DNA from: the human T2T-CHM13v2.0 reference genome, Homo sapiens
NCBI RefSeq assembly: GCF_009914755.1
Contig: NC_060948.1
DNA: 64,000 nucleotides
Reading direction: 5' to 3' (one strand)
Below, piece by piece: positions 1 to 12,500 of this stretch (position 1 is the first letter of the stretch; each line of letters begins with the position of its first letter). The position numbers and the translations under genes are program-made. A model generated the notes under the pieces. It saw nothing but the letters and a program-made list of their open reading frames with translations, did not search any database and was not told where the DNA came from.

Positions 1-274
1 AATGGAGTGGAGTGGACTGGAGTGGAGTAGATTGCAGTGCATTGGACTGTAGGGGATAGAAGTGGCTTGGAGTCCATAGGAGTGGAGTGGAATAGAATGG
101 AATGGAGTGGAATGGACTGGAACGGAATGGAATGGAATGGATTTAAATGGCAGGGAATCAAATCGAATTGAATCATATTGAATCAAGTCGAATCGAGTGG
201 AGGAAAGAAATCGAATGAAATCGAATGGAATGAATTGAATGGAGTCGAACATCAACCATGGAATCGAAAGTAAT

Positions 275-3200
275 GTGGTAAAGTGGAGTGGAGTGTTATG
301 GAGTGGAATGGAAGGGGGTGACATGGAATTGAATACAATGGAGAGGAGTGGAGTGGATTGGGCTAGAGTGGAACGGAAAGGGAAGGAATGGAACTGAATG
401 GAGTGGAGTGGAATGGAGCGGAATGGAATGGAATGGAATGGAATGGAATGGAATGGAATGGAACGGAATGGAGTGGAATGGAATCGAATGACATGGAACT
501 GAATGAAACCGAATTGAATGAAATTGAATGGAGAAAATGGAATCAAATGGAATCAAATCGAACGGATTCGAATGTCATTGAATGGAATCGAAAGGAATGC
601 AGTGAGGTGGGGTTGAGTGGAATGGAGTGGAATGGAATGGGATGAGTGGAATTGAATGGAGTGGAGTGGAATGGAATGGAATGGAAAGGAATGGAATTGA
701 ACAAAATGGAGTGTAATAGAATGGAGTGGATTGGAGTGGAGTGCAGGGGAGTGCAGTGGAATGAAGAGGAGTGTAGTTGAATGGAATGGGATGTATGGAA
801 TGTACTGGAATAGAATGGATAAGAATGGAATGGAATGGAATCGCATGGAATTGAATAGAATCAAATCGAATTGAATAGAATCTAATGGAAAAAATGGAGT
901 CAAATGGAATCGAATGGCATAGAATCGAACGGTTTTGAATGGCAGTGAAGGGAAACGAATGGAATGCGATGAAGTGGAGCGCAGTGGAGTGGAAAGGAGT
1001 GCAATGGAATAGGGTGGAACTGAATTTAATGGAACAGAGTGGATTGGAGTGGACTGGAGTGGAATGGAATGGGAAGGAATGGGATTGAAAGGAGTGGCGT
1101 GCAGTGGAGTGGAGTGGCATGGAGTGGAGTGGAGTGGAATGGAGTGGAATGGAATGGAGTGGAATGGAGTGGATTGGAATGGAATGGAGTGCAGAGGAAT
1201 GGAATGGAATGGTATAGAGTGGACAGGAATGGAGTGGAGCGGATTGGAATGGAATGGAATGGAACTGAATGGACTGGAATGGAATGGAATAGAATGGAAT
1301 CACAGGGAATCAAATTGGATTGAATCGAATCGAATGGAAAAAATGAAATCAAATGAAATTGAATGGAATCGAAATGAATGTAAACAATGGAATCCAATGG
1401 AATCCAATGGAATCGAATCAAATGGTTTTGAATGGCGTAAAATGAGATCGCAAGGAAGGCAGTGAATTGGAGTGGAGTGGAATAGAGAGGAATGAATTGG
1501 AATGGAGTGGAGTGGAATGGAGTGGATTCCAGTGGAGTGGAGTGGATTGGATTTTAATGGAATGGAATAGACTGGATTGGAGTGGTGTAGAGTGCAGTGG
1601 ATTGGAGTGGAGAGGAATGGAGTGGAGTGAAGTCGAGTTGAGTGGAATGGAATGGAGTGGAGCAGAGTGGAATGCAAAAGAATGAAGTGGATTGGTGTGG
1701 AATGGAATGGCGTGGAATGGAGTGGAATAGAATGGAATGGAATCGCATGGAAGGATATCAAATCAAATGGAATCGAAGGAAAATTATGAATCCAATGGAA
1801 TCGAAAAGATTCCAAAGGAACGGATTCGAAAGGCCTTTAATGGAATGGAAAGGTATGCAGTGAAGTGGAGTGGAGTGGAGTGGATTGTTTTAGAGTGAAA
1901 TGGGGTGGATTGGAACACTATGTGGTGGAGTGGAGTGTAGTGGATCGGAGTGGAGTGCCGTGGAGTGGACTAGAGTGGGGTGGAGTGGAGTGCATTGGAG
2001 TGGAATGGAGTGGAGTGGGGTGGAATGGAATGGAATGGCATCAAATCGCATGGTAATGAATCAAATGGAATCAAATGGAATGAAATAATGGAATCGAAGG
2101 CAAACGAATGGAATCGAATTGCACTGATTCTACTGACTTCGAAGAAAATGAAATGAAATGCGGTGAAGTGGAGTGGAGTGGAATGTATTAGGGTGGAATG
2201 GAATTGAATGGTGTGGAGTGGAGTGGAGTGCCCAGGAGTGGAATGGGAAGAAATGGAATTGAACGGAGTGGAGTGGAGTGTAATGGAGGGTAATGGAGTG
2301 GAATGGAGTGGAGTGGAGTAGAGTGGAATGGGTTGGAGTGGAATGCAGAGGACAGGAGTGGAGTGTGGTGGACTGGAGTGGAGTGGAGTTGAGTGGAGTG
2401 GATTGGATTGAAATAGAGCGGAGCAGAGTGGAATGGAATTGAATCACATGGTACTGAATCAAATCGAATGGAATTAAATCGAATGAAAAAACGGAATCAA
2501 AAGCAAACGAATGGAGTCAAACCACATTGGTTAGACTGACATCGAATAATATCAAAAGAAATGTGGTGAAGTGGAGTGGAGTGTAATGAAATGGGGTGGA
2601 ATGAAATTGAATGGAGTGGAGTGGAGTGGAGTCTACTGGAGTGGAATGGAATGGAATGGAAAGGAATGGAATAGAATGGAGTGAAGGGCAGTGCAGTGAA
2701 ATGGAGTGGAAAGGAATGGAATGGAAAGAATTGAATCAAATGGAATCGAAGTGAATCGAATCTAATGAAATTGAACGCAAAAAATGGAATGAGTAGAATC
2801 GAAAAAGATGGATTCAAATGGCAACAAATAAAATTGAATGGAATGCGGTGAGGTGGAGGGGATTGGAATGGAGTTGAATGGAATGGGGTGTAATTGAATT
2901 GAATGGAGTGGAGTGGAGTGAACTGGAGTGGAATGGAATGGAATGGGCCGGCATGGAATTGAAAGGCGTGGAATGGAGTGGAGTTGAGATGAGTGGAATG
3001 GAGTAGGGTGGATTGTGGTGGAGAATATTGGAAAAGAGTGGAGTGGAATGGAATGGAATGGAGTGGAGTGGAATGGAATGGAATGGAATTGAGTGAAGTG
3101 GAGTGTAGTGGAATGGAGAGTAATGGAGTGGAGTGGACTGGAGTGGAGTAGATTGCAGTGCATTGGACTGTAGGGGATAGAAGTGGCTTGGAGTCCATAG

Positions 3201-3395
3201 GAGTGGAGTGGAATGGAATGGAATGGAGTGGAATGGACTGGAACGGAATGGAATGGAATGGATTTAAATGGCAGGGAATCAAATCGAATTGAATCATATT
3301 GAATCAAGTCGAATCGAGTGGAGGAAAGAAATCGAATGAAATCGAATAGAATGAATTGAATGGAGTCGAATATCAACCATGGAATCGAAAGTAAT
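275..3395. repeat. Representative complete higher-order unit (3121 bp) made of 8 diverged sub-repeats
   Basis: GTGGTAAAGTGG occurs at 275 and again at 3396. Internal homologous junction motifs (GCRGTGAAGTGG-like) lie at 599, 966, 1459, 1857, 2160, 2563 and 2845. Confidence 0.85.
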
Positions 3396-3540
3396 GTGGT
3401 AAAGTGGAGTGGAGTGTTATGGAGTGGAATGGAATGGGGTGACATGGAATTGAATACAGTGGAGAGGAGTGGAGTGGATTGGGCTAGAGTGGAACGGAAA
3501 GGGAAGGAATGAAACTGAATGGAGTGGAGTGGAATGGAGT

Positions 3541-3590
3541 GGAATGGAATGGAATGGAATGGAATGGAATGGAATGGAATGGAATGGAAT
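3541..3590. repeat. Pure (GGAAT)10 microsatellite; length-variable tract present once per unit
   Basis: Ten perfect GGAAT followed by GGAAC. Homologous tracts have 8 (420), 7 (9798), 6 (12904), 9 (16015) and 5 (28422) copies. Confidence 0.9.
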
Positions 3591-6500
3591 GGAACGGAAT
3601 GGAGTGGAATGGAATCGAATCACATGGAACTGAATGAAACCGAATTGAATGAAATTGAAAGGAGAAAATGGAATCAAATGGAATCAAGTCGAACTGATTC
3701 GAATGTCATTGAATGGAATCGAAAGGAATGCAGTGAGGTGGGGTTGAGTGGAATGGAGTGGAATGGAATGGGATGAATGGAATTGAATGGAGTGGAGTGG
3801 AATGGAATGGAATGGAAAGGAATGGAATTGAACAAAATGGAGTGTAGTAGAATGGAGTGGATTGGAGTGGAGTGCAGGGGAGTGCAGTGGAATGAAGAGG
3901 AGTGTAGTTGAATGGAATGGAATGTATGGAATGTACTGGAATAGAATGGATAAGAATGGAATGGAATGGAATCGCATGGAATTGAATAGAATCAAATCGA
4001 ATTGAATAGAATCAAATGGAAAAAATGGAGTCAAATGGAATCGAATGGCATAGAATCGAACGGTTTTGAATGTCAGTGAATGGAAACGAATGGAATGCGA
4101 TGAAGTGGAGCGCAGTGGAGTGGAAAGGAGTGCAATGGAATAGGGTGGAACTGAACTTAATGGAACAGAGTGGATTGGAGTGGACTGGAGTGGAATGGAA
4201 TGGGAAGGAATGGGATTGAAAGGAGTGGCGTGCAGTGGAGTGGAGTGGCATGGAGTGGAGTGGAGTGGAATGGAGTGGAATGGAATGGAGTGGAATGGAG
4301 TGTATTGGAATGGAATGGAGTGCAGAGGAATGGAATGGAATGGTATAGAGTGGACAGGATTGGAGTGGAGCGGATTGGAATGGAATGGAATGGAATGGAA
4401 TGGAACTGAATGGACTGGAATGGAATGGAATAGAATGGAATCACAGGGAATCAAATTGGATTGAATCGAATCGAATGGAAAAAATGAAATCAAATGAAAT
4501 TGAATGGAATCGAAATGAATGTAAACAATGGAATCCAATGGAATCCAATGGAATCGAATCAAATGGTTTTGAATGGCGTAAAATGAAATCGCAAGGAAGG
4601 CAGTGAATTGGAGTGGAGTGGAATAGAGAGGAATGAATTGGAATGGAGTGGAGTGGAATGGAGTGGATTCCAGTGGAGTGGAGTGGATTGGATTTTAATG
4701 GAATGGAATAGACTGGATTGGAGTGGTGTAGAGTGCAGTGGATTGGAGTGGAGAGGAATGGAGTGGAGTGAAGTCGAGTTGAGTGGAATGGAATGGAGTG
4801 GAGCAGAGTGGAATGCAAAAGAATGAAGTGGATTGGTGTGGAATGGAATGGCGTGGAATGGAGTGGAATAGAATGGAATGGAATCGCATGGAAGGATATC
4901 AAATCAAATGGAATCGAACGAAAATTATGAATCCAATGGAATCAAAAGGATTCCAAAGGAACGGATTCGAAAGGCCTTTAATGGAATGGAAAGGTATGCA
5001 GTGAAGTGGAGTGGAGTGGAGTGGATTGTTTTAGAGTGAAATGGGGTGGATTGGAACAGTATGTGGTGGAGTGGAGTGTAGTGGATCGGAGTGGAGTGCC
5101 GTGGAGTGGACTAGAGTGGGGTGGAGTGGAGTGCATTGGAGTGGAATGGAGTGGAGTGGGGTGGAATGGAATGGAATGGCATCAAATCGCATGGTAATGA
5201 ATCAAATGGAATCAAATGGAATGAAATAATGGAATCGAAGGCAAACGAATGGAATCGAATTGCACTGATTCTACTGACTTCGAAGAAAATGAAATGAAAT
5301 GCGGTGAAGTGGAGTGGAGTGGAATGTATTAGGGTGGAATGGAATTGAATGGTGTGGAGTGGAGTGGAGTGCCCAGGAGTGGAATGGGAAGAAATGGAAT
5401 TGAACGGAGTGGAGTGGAGTGGAATGGAGGGTAATGGAGTGGAATGGAGTGGAGTGGAGTAGAGTGGAATGGGTTGGAGTGGAATGCAGAGGACAGGAGT
5501 GGAGTGTGGTGGACTGGAGTGGAGTGGAGTTGAGTGGAGTGGATTGGATTGAAATAGAGCGGAGCAGAGTGGAATGGAATTGAATCACATGGTACTGAAT
5601 CAAATCGAATGGAATTAAATCGAATGAAAAAACGGAATCAAAAGCAAACGAATGGAGTCAAACCACATTGGTTAGACTGACATCGAATAATATCAAAAGA
5701 AATGTGGTGAAGTGGAGTGGAGTGTAATGAAATGGGGTGGAATGAAATTGAATGGAGTGGAGTGGAGTGGAGTCTACTGGAGTGGAATGGAATGGAATGG
5801 AAAGGAATGGAATAGAATGGAGTGAAGTGCAGTGCAGTGAAATGGAGTGGAAAGGAATGGAATGGAAAGAATTGAATCAAATGGAATCGAAGTGAATCGA
5901 ATCTAATGAAATTGAACGCAAAAAATGGAATGAGTAGAATCGAAAAAGATGGATTCAAATGGCAACAAATAAAATTGAATGGAATGCGGTGAGGTGGAGG
6001 GGATTGGAATGGAGTTGAATGGAATGGGGTGTAATTGAATTGAATGGAGTGTAGTGGAGTGAACTGGAGTGGAATGGAATGGAATGGGCAGGCATGGAAT
6101 TGAAAGGCGTGGAGTGGAGTGGAATTGAGAGGAGTGGAATGGAGTAGGGAGGATTGTGGTGGAGAATATTGGAAAAGAGTGGAGTGGAATGGAATGGAAT
6201 GGAGTGGAGTGGAATGGAATGGAAAGGAATTGAGTGAAGTGGAGTGTAGTGGAATGGAGAGTAATGGAGTGGAGTGGACTGGAGTGGAGTAGATTGCAGT
6301 GCATTGGACTGTAGGGGATAGAAGTGGCTTGGAGTCCATAGGAGTGGAGTGGAATGGAATGGAATGGAGTGGAATGGACTGGAACGGAATGGAATGGAAT
6401 GGATTTAAATGGCAGGGAATCAAATCGAATTGAATCATATTGAATCAAGTCGAATCGAGTGGAGGAAAGAAATCGAATGAAATCGAATGGAATGAATTGA

Positions 6501-9500
6501 ATGGAGTCGAATATCAACCATGGAATCGAAAGTAATGTGGTAAAGTGGAGTGGAGTGTTATGGAGTGGAATGGAATGGGGTGACATGGAATTGAATACAG
6601 TGGAGAGGAGTGGAGTGGATTGGGCTAGAGTGGAACGGAAAGGGAAGGAATGGAACTGAATGGAGTGGAGTGGAATGGAGTAGAATGGAATGGAATGGAA
6701 TGGAATGGAATGGAATGGAATGGAACGGAATGGAGTGGAATGGAATCGAATGACATGGAACTGAATGAAACCGAATTGAATGAAATTGAATGGAGAAAAT
6801 GGAATCAAATGGAATCAAATCGAACGGATTCGAATGTCATTGAATGGAATCGAAAGGAATGCAGTGAGGTGGGGTTGGGTGGAATGGAGTGGAATGGAAT
6901 GGGATGAATGGAATTGAATGGAGTGGAGTGGAATGGAATGGAATGGAAAGGAATGGAATTGAACAAAATGGAGTGTAGTAGAATGGAGTGGATTGGAGTG
7001 GAGTGCAGGGGAGTGCAGTGGAATGAAGAGGAGTGTAGTTGAATGGAATGGGATGTATGGAATGTACTGGAATAGAATGGATAAGAATGGAATGGAATGG
7101 AATCGCATGGAATTGAATAGAATCAAATCGAATTGAATAGAATCTAATGGAAAAAATGGAGTCAAATGGAATCGAATGGCATAGAATCGAACGGTTTTGA
7201 ATGTCAGTGAATGGAAACGAATGGAATGCGATGAAGTGGAGCGCAGTGGAGTGGAAAGGAGTGCAATGGAATAGGGTGGAACTGAATTTAATGGAACAGA
7301 GTGGATTGGAGTGGACTGGAGTGGAATGGAATGGGAAGGAATGGGATTGAAAGGAGTGGCGTGCAGTGGAGTGGAGTGGCATGGAGTGGAGTGGAGTGGA
7401 ATGGAGTGGAATGGAATGGAGTGGAATGGAGTGGATTGGAATGGAATGGAGTGCAGAGGAATGAAATGGAATGGTATAGAGTGGACAGGAATGGAGTGGA
7501 GCGGATTGGAATGGAATGGAATGGAACTGAATGGACTGGAATGGAATGGAATAGAATGGAATCACAGGGAATCAAATTGGATTGAATCGAATCGAATGGA
7601 AAAAATGAAATCAAATGAAATTGAATGGAATCGAAATGAATGTAAACAATGGAATCCAATGGAATCCAATGGAATCGAATCAAATGGTTTTGAATGGCGT
7701 AAAATGAGATCGCAAGGAAGGCAGTGAATTCTAGTGGAGTGGAATAGAGAGGAATGAATTGGAATGGAGTGGAGTGGAATGGAGTGGATTCCAGTGGAGT
7801 GGAGTGGATTGGATTTTAATGGAATGGAATAGACTGGATTGGAGTGGCGTAGAGTGCAGTGGATTGGAGTGGAGAGGAATGGAGTGGAGTGAAGTCGAGT
7901 TGAGTGTAATGGAATGGAGTGGAGCAGAGTGGAATGCAAAAGAATGAAGTGGATTGGTGTGGAATGGAATGGCGTGGAATGGAGTGGAATAGAATGGAAT
8001 GGAATCGCATGGAAGGATATCAAATCAAATGGAATCGAAGGAAAATTATGAATCCAATGGAATCGAAAGCATTCCAAAGGAACGGATTCGAAAGGCATTT
8101 AATGGAATGGAAAGGTATGCAGTGAAGTGGAGTGGAGTGGAGTGGATTGTTTTAGAGTGAAATGGGGTGGATTGGAACACTATGTGGTGGAGTGGAGTGT
8201 AGTGGATCGGAGTGGAGTGCCGTGGAGTGGACTAGAGTGGGGTGGAGTGGAGTGCATTGGAGTGGAATGGAGTGGAGTGGGGTGGAATGGAATGGAATGG
8301 CATCAAATCGCATGGTAATGAATCAAATGGAATCAAATGGAATGAAATAATGGAATAGAAGGCAAACGAATGGAATCGAATTGCACTGTTTCTACTGACT
8401 TCGAAGAAAATGAAATGAAATGCGGTGAAGTGGAGTGGAGTGGAATGTATTAGGGTGGAATGGAATTGAATGGTGTGGAGTGGAGTGGAGTGCCCAGGAG
8501 TGGAATGGGAAGAAATGGAATTGAACGGAGTGGAGTGGAGTGGAATGGAGGGTAATGGAGTGGAATGGAGTGGAGTGGAGTAGATTGGAATGGGTTGGAG
8601 TGGAATGCAGAGGACAGGAGTGGAGTGTGGTGGACTGGAGTGGAGTGGAGTTGAGTGGAGTGGATTGGATTGAAATAGAGCGGAGCAGAGTGGAATGGAA
8701 TTGAATCACATGGTACTGAATCAAATCGAATGGAATTAAATCGAATGAAAAAACGGAATCAAAAGCAAACGAATGGAGTCAAACCACATTGGTTAGACTG
8801 ACATCGAATAATATCAAAAGAAATGTGGTGAAGTGGAGTGGAGTGTAATGAAATGGGGTGGAATGAAATTGAATGGAGTGGAGTGGAGTCTACTGGAGTG
8901 GAATGGAATGGAATGGAAAGGAATGGAATAGAATGGAGTGAAGTGCAGTGCAGTGAAATGGAGTGGAAAGGAATGGAATGGAAAGAATTGAATCATATGG
9001 AATCGAAGTGAATCGAATCTAATGAAATTGAACGCAAAAAATGGAATGAGTAGAATCGAAAAAGATGGATTCAAATGACAACAAATAAAATTGAATGGAA
9101 TGCGGTGAGGTGGAGGGGATTGGAATGGAGTTGAATGGAATGGGGTGTAATTGAATTGAATGGAGTGGAGTGGAGTGAACTGGAGTGCAATGGAATGGAA
9201 TGGCCAGGCATGGAATTGAAAGGCGTGGAGTGGAGTGGAATTGAGAGGAGTGGAATGGAGTAGGGTGGATTGTGGTGGAGAATATTGGAAAAGAGTGGAG
9301 TGGAATGGAATGGAATGGAGTGGAGTGGAATGGAATGGAAAGGAATTGAGTGAAGTGGAGTGTAGTGGAATGGAGAGTAATGGAGTGGAGTGGACTGGAG
9401 TGGAGTAGATTGCAGTGCATTGGAGTGTAGGGGATAGAAGTGGCTTGGAGTCCATAGGAGTGGAGTGGAATGGAATGGAATGGAGTGGAATGGACAGGAA

Positions 9501-12500
9501 CGGAATGGAATGGAATGGATTTAAATGGCAGTGAATCAAATCGAATTGAATCATATTGAATCAAGTCGAATCGAGTGGAGGAAAGAAATCGAATGAAATC
9601 GAATGGAATGAATTGAATGGAGTCGAATATCAACCATAGAATCGAAAGTAATGTGGTAAAGTGGAGTGGAGTGTTATGGAGTGGAATGGAATGGGGTGAC
9701 ATGGAATTGAATACAGTGGAGAGGAGTGGAGTGGATTGGGCTAGAGTGGAACGGAAAGGGAAGGAATGGAACTGAATGGAGTGGAGTGGAATGGAGTGGA
9801 ATGGAATGGAATGGAATGGAATGGAATGGAATGGAACGGAATGGAGTGGAATGGAATCGAATGACATGGAACTGAATGAAACCGAATTGAATGAAATTGA
9901 ATGGAGAAAATGGAATCAAATGGAATCAAATCGAACGGATTCGAATGTCATTGAATGGAATCGAAAGGAATGCAGTGAGGTGGGGTTGAGTGGAATGGAG
10001 TGGAATGGAATGGGATGAATGGAATTGAATGGAGTGGAGTGGAATGGAATGGAATGGAAAGGAATGGAATTGAACAAAATGGAGTGTAGTAGAATGGAGT
10101 GGATTGGAGTGGAGTGCAGGGGAGTGCAGTGGAATGAAGAGGAGTGTAGTTGAATGGAATGGGATGTATGGAATGTACTGGAATAGAATGGATAAGAATG
10201 GAATGGAATGGAATCGCATGGAATTGAATAGAATCAAATCGAATTGAATAGAATCTAATGGAAAAAATGGAGTCAAATGGAATCGAATGGCATAGAATCG
10301 AACGGTTTTGAATGGCAGTGAAGGGAAACGAATGGAATGCGATGAAGTGGAGCGCAGTGGAGTGGAAAGGAGTGCAATGGAATAGGGTGGAACTGAATTT
10401 AATGGAACAGAGTGGATTGGAGTGGACTGGAGTGGAATGGAATGGGAAGGAATGGGATTGAAAGGAGTGGCGTGCAGTGGAGTGGAGTGGCATGGAGTGG
10501 AGTGGAGTGGAATGGAGTGGAATGGAATGGAGTGGAATGGAGTGGATTGGAATGGAATGGAGTGCAGAGGAATGGAATGGAATGGTATAGAGTGGACAGG
10601 AATGGAGTGGAGCGGATTGGAATGGAATGGAATGGAACTGAATGGACTGGAATGGAATGGAATAGAATGGAAACACAGGGAATCAAATTTGATTGAATCG
10701 AATCGAATGGAAAAAATGAAATCAAATGAAATTGAATGGAATCGAAATGAATGTAAACAATGGAATCCAATGGAATCGAATCAAATGGTTTTGAATGGCG
10801 TAAAATGAGATCGCAAGGAAGGCAGTGAATTGGAGTGGAGTGGAATAGAGAGGAATGAATTGGAATGGAGTGGAGTGGAATGGAGTGGATTCCAGTGGAG
10901 TGGAGTGGATTGGATTTTAATGGAATGGAATAGACTGGATTGGAGTGGTGTAGAGTGCAGTGGATTGGAGTGGAGAGGAATGGAGTGGAGTGAAGTCGAG
11001 TTGAGTGGAATGGAATGGAGTGGAGCAGAGTGGAATGCAAAAGAATGAAGTGGATTGGTGTGGAATGGAATGGCGTGGAATGGAGTGGAATAGAATGGAA
11101 TGGAATCGCATGGAAGGATATCAAATCAAATGGAATCGAACGAAAATTATGAATCCAATGGAATCGAAAGGATTCCAAAGGAACGGATTCGAAAGGCATT
11201 TAATGGAATGGAAAGGTATGCAGTGAAGTGGAGTGGAGTGGAGTGGATTGTTTTAGAGTGAAATGGGGTGGATTGGAACACTATGTGGTGGAGTGGAGTG
11301 TAGTGGATCGGAGTGGAGTGCCGTGGAGTGGACTAGAGTGGGGTGGAGTGGAGTGCATTGGAGTGGAATGGAGTGGAGTGGGGTGGAATGGAATGGAATG
11401 GCATCAAATCGCATGGTAATGAATCAAATGGAATCAAATGGAATGAAATAATGGAATCGAAGGCAAACGAATGGAATCGAATTGCACTGATTCTACTGAC
11501 TTCGAACAAAATGAAATGAAATGCGGTGAAGTGGAGTGGAGTGGAATGTATTAGGGTGGAATGCAATTGAATGGTGTGGAGTGGAGTGGAGTGCCCAGGA
11601 GTGGAATGGGAAGAAATGGAATTGAACGGAGTGGAGTGGAGTGGAATGGAGGGTAATGGAGTGGAATGGAGTGGAGTGGAGTAGAGTGGAATGGGTTGGA
11701 GTGGAATGCAGAGGACAGGAGTGGAGTGTGGTGGACTGGAGTGGAGTGGAGTTGAGTGGAGTGGATTGGATTGAAATAGAGCGGAGCAGAGTGGAATGGA
11801 ATTGAATCACATGGTACTGAATCAAATCGAATGGAATTAAATCGAATGAAAAAACGGAATCAAAAGCAAACGAATGGAGTCAAACCACATTGGTTAGACT
11901 GACATCGAATAATATCAAAAGAAATGTGGTGAAGTGGAGTGGAGTGTAATGAAATGGGGTGGAATGAAATTGAATGGAGTGGAGTGGAGTGGAGTCTACT
12001 GGAGTGGAATGGAATGGAATGGAAAGGAATGGAATAGAATGGAGTGAAGGGCAGTGCAGTGAAATGGAGTGGAAAGGAATGGAATGGAAAGAATTGAATC
12101 AAATGGAATCGAAGTGAATCGAATCTAATGAAATTGAACGCAAAAAATGGAATGAGTAGAATCGAAAAAGATGGATTCAAATGGCAACAAATAAAATTGA
12201 ATGGAATGCGGTGAGGTGGAGGGGATTGGAGTGGAGTTGAATGGAATGGGGTGTAATTGAATTGAATGGAGTGGAGTGGAGTGAACTGGAGTGGAATGGA
12301 ATGGAATGGGCCGGCATGGAATTGAAAGGCATGGAATGGAGTGGAGTTGAGATGAGTGGAATGGAGTAGGGTGGATTGTGGTGGAGAATATTGGAAAAGA
12401 GAGGAGTGGAATGGAATGGAATGGAGTGGAGTGGAATGGAATGGAATGGAATTGAGTGAAGTGGAGTGTAGTGGAATGGAGAGTAATGGAGTGGAGTGGA

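Noticed and set aside
595-625. G-runs (GAGGTGGGGTTGAGTGG) as a G-quadruplex
   Set aside because: Four closely spaced G3 tracts are lacking, and GG pairs are ubiquitous background here.
1795-1840. GAA/TTC-containing segment resembling a heat-shock element or hairpin
   Set aside because: The spacing does not fit nGAAnnTTCnnGAAn, and only 6-bp palindromes (TTCGAA, AGGCCT) are present.
2188-2193. TTAGGG hexamer once per unit
   Set aside because: It is a single isolated copy, not a telomeric tract, and is a plausible chance derivative of the pentamers.
2130-2462. 110-aa minus-strand ORF with constant length in all 20 units
   Set aside because: It starts at a non-ATG codon and is low-complexity. 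The constant length reflects high unit identity and the lack of a long pure tract, not evidence of coding selection. Used only as a landmark.
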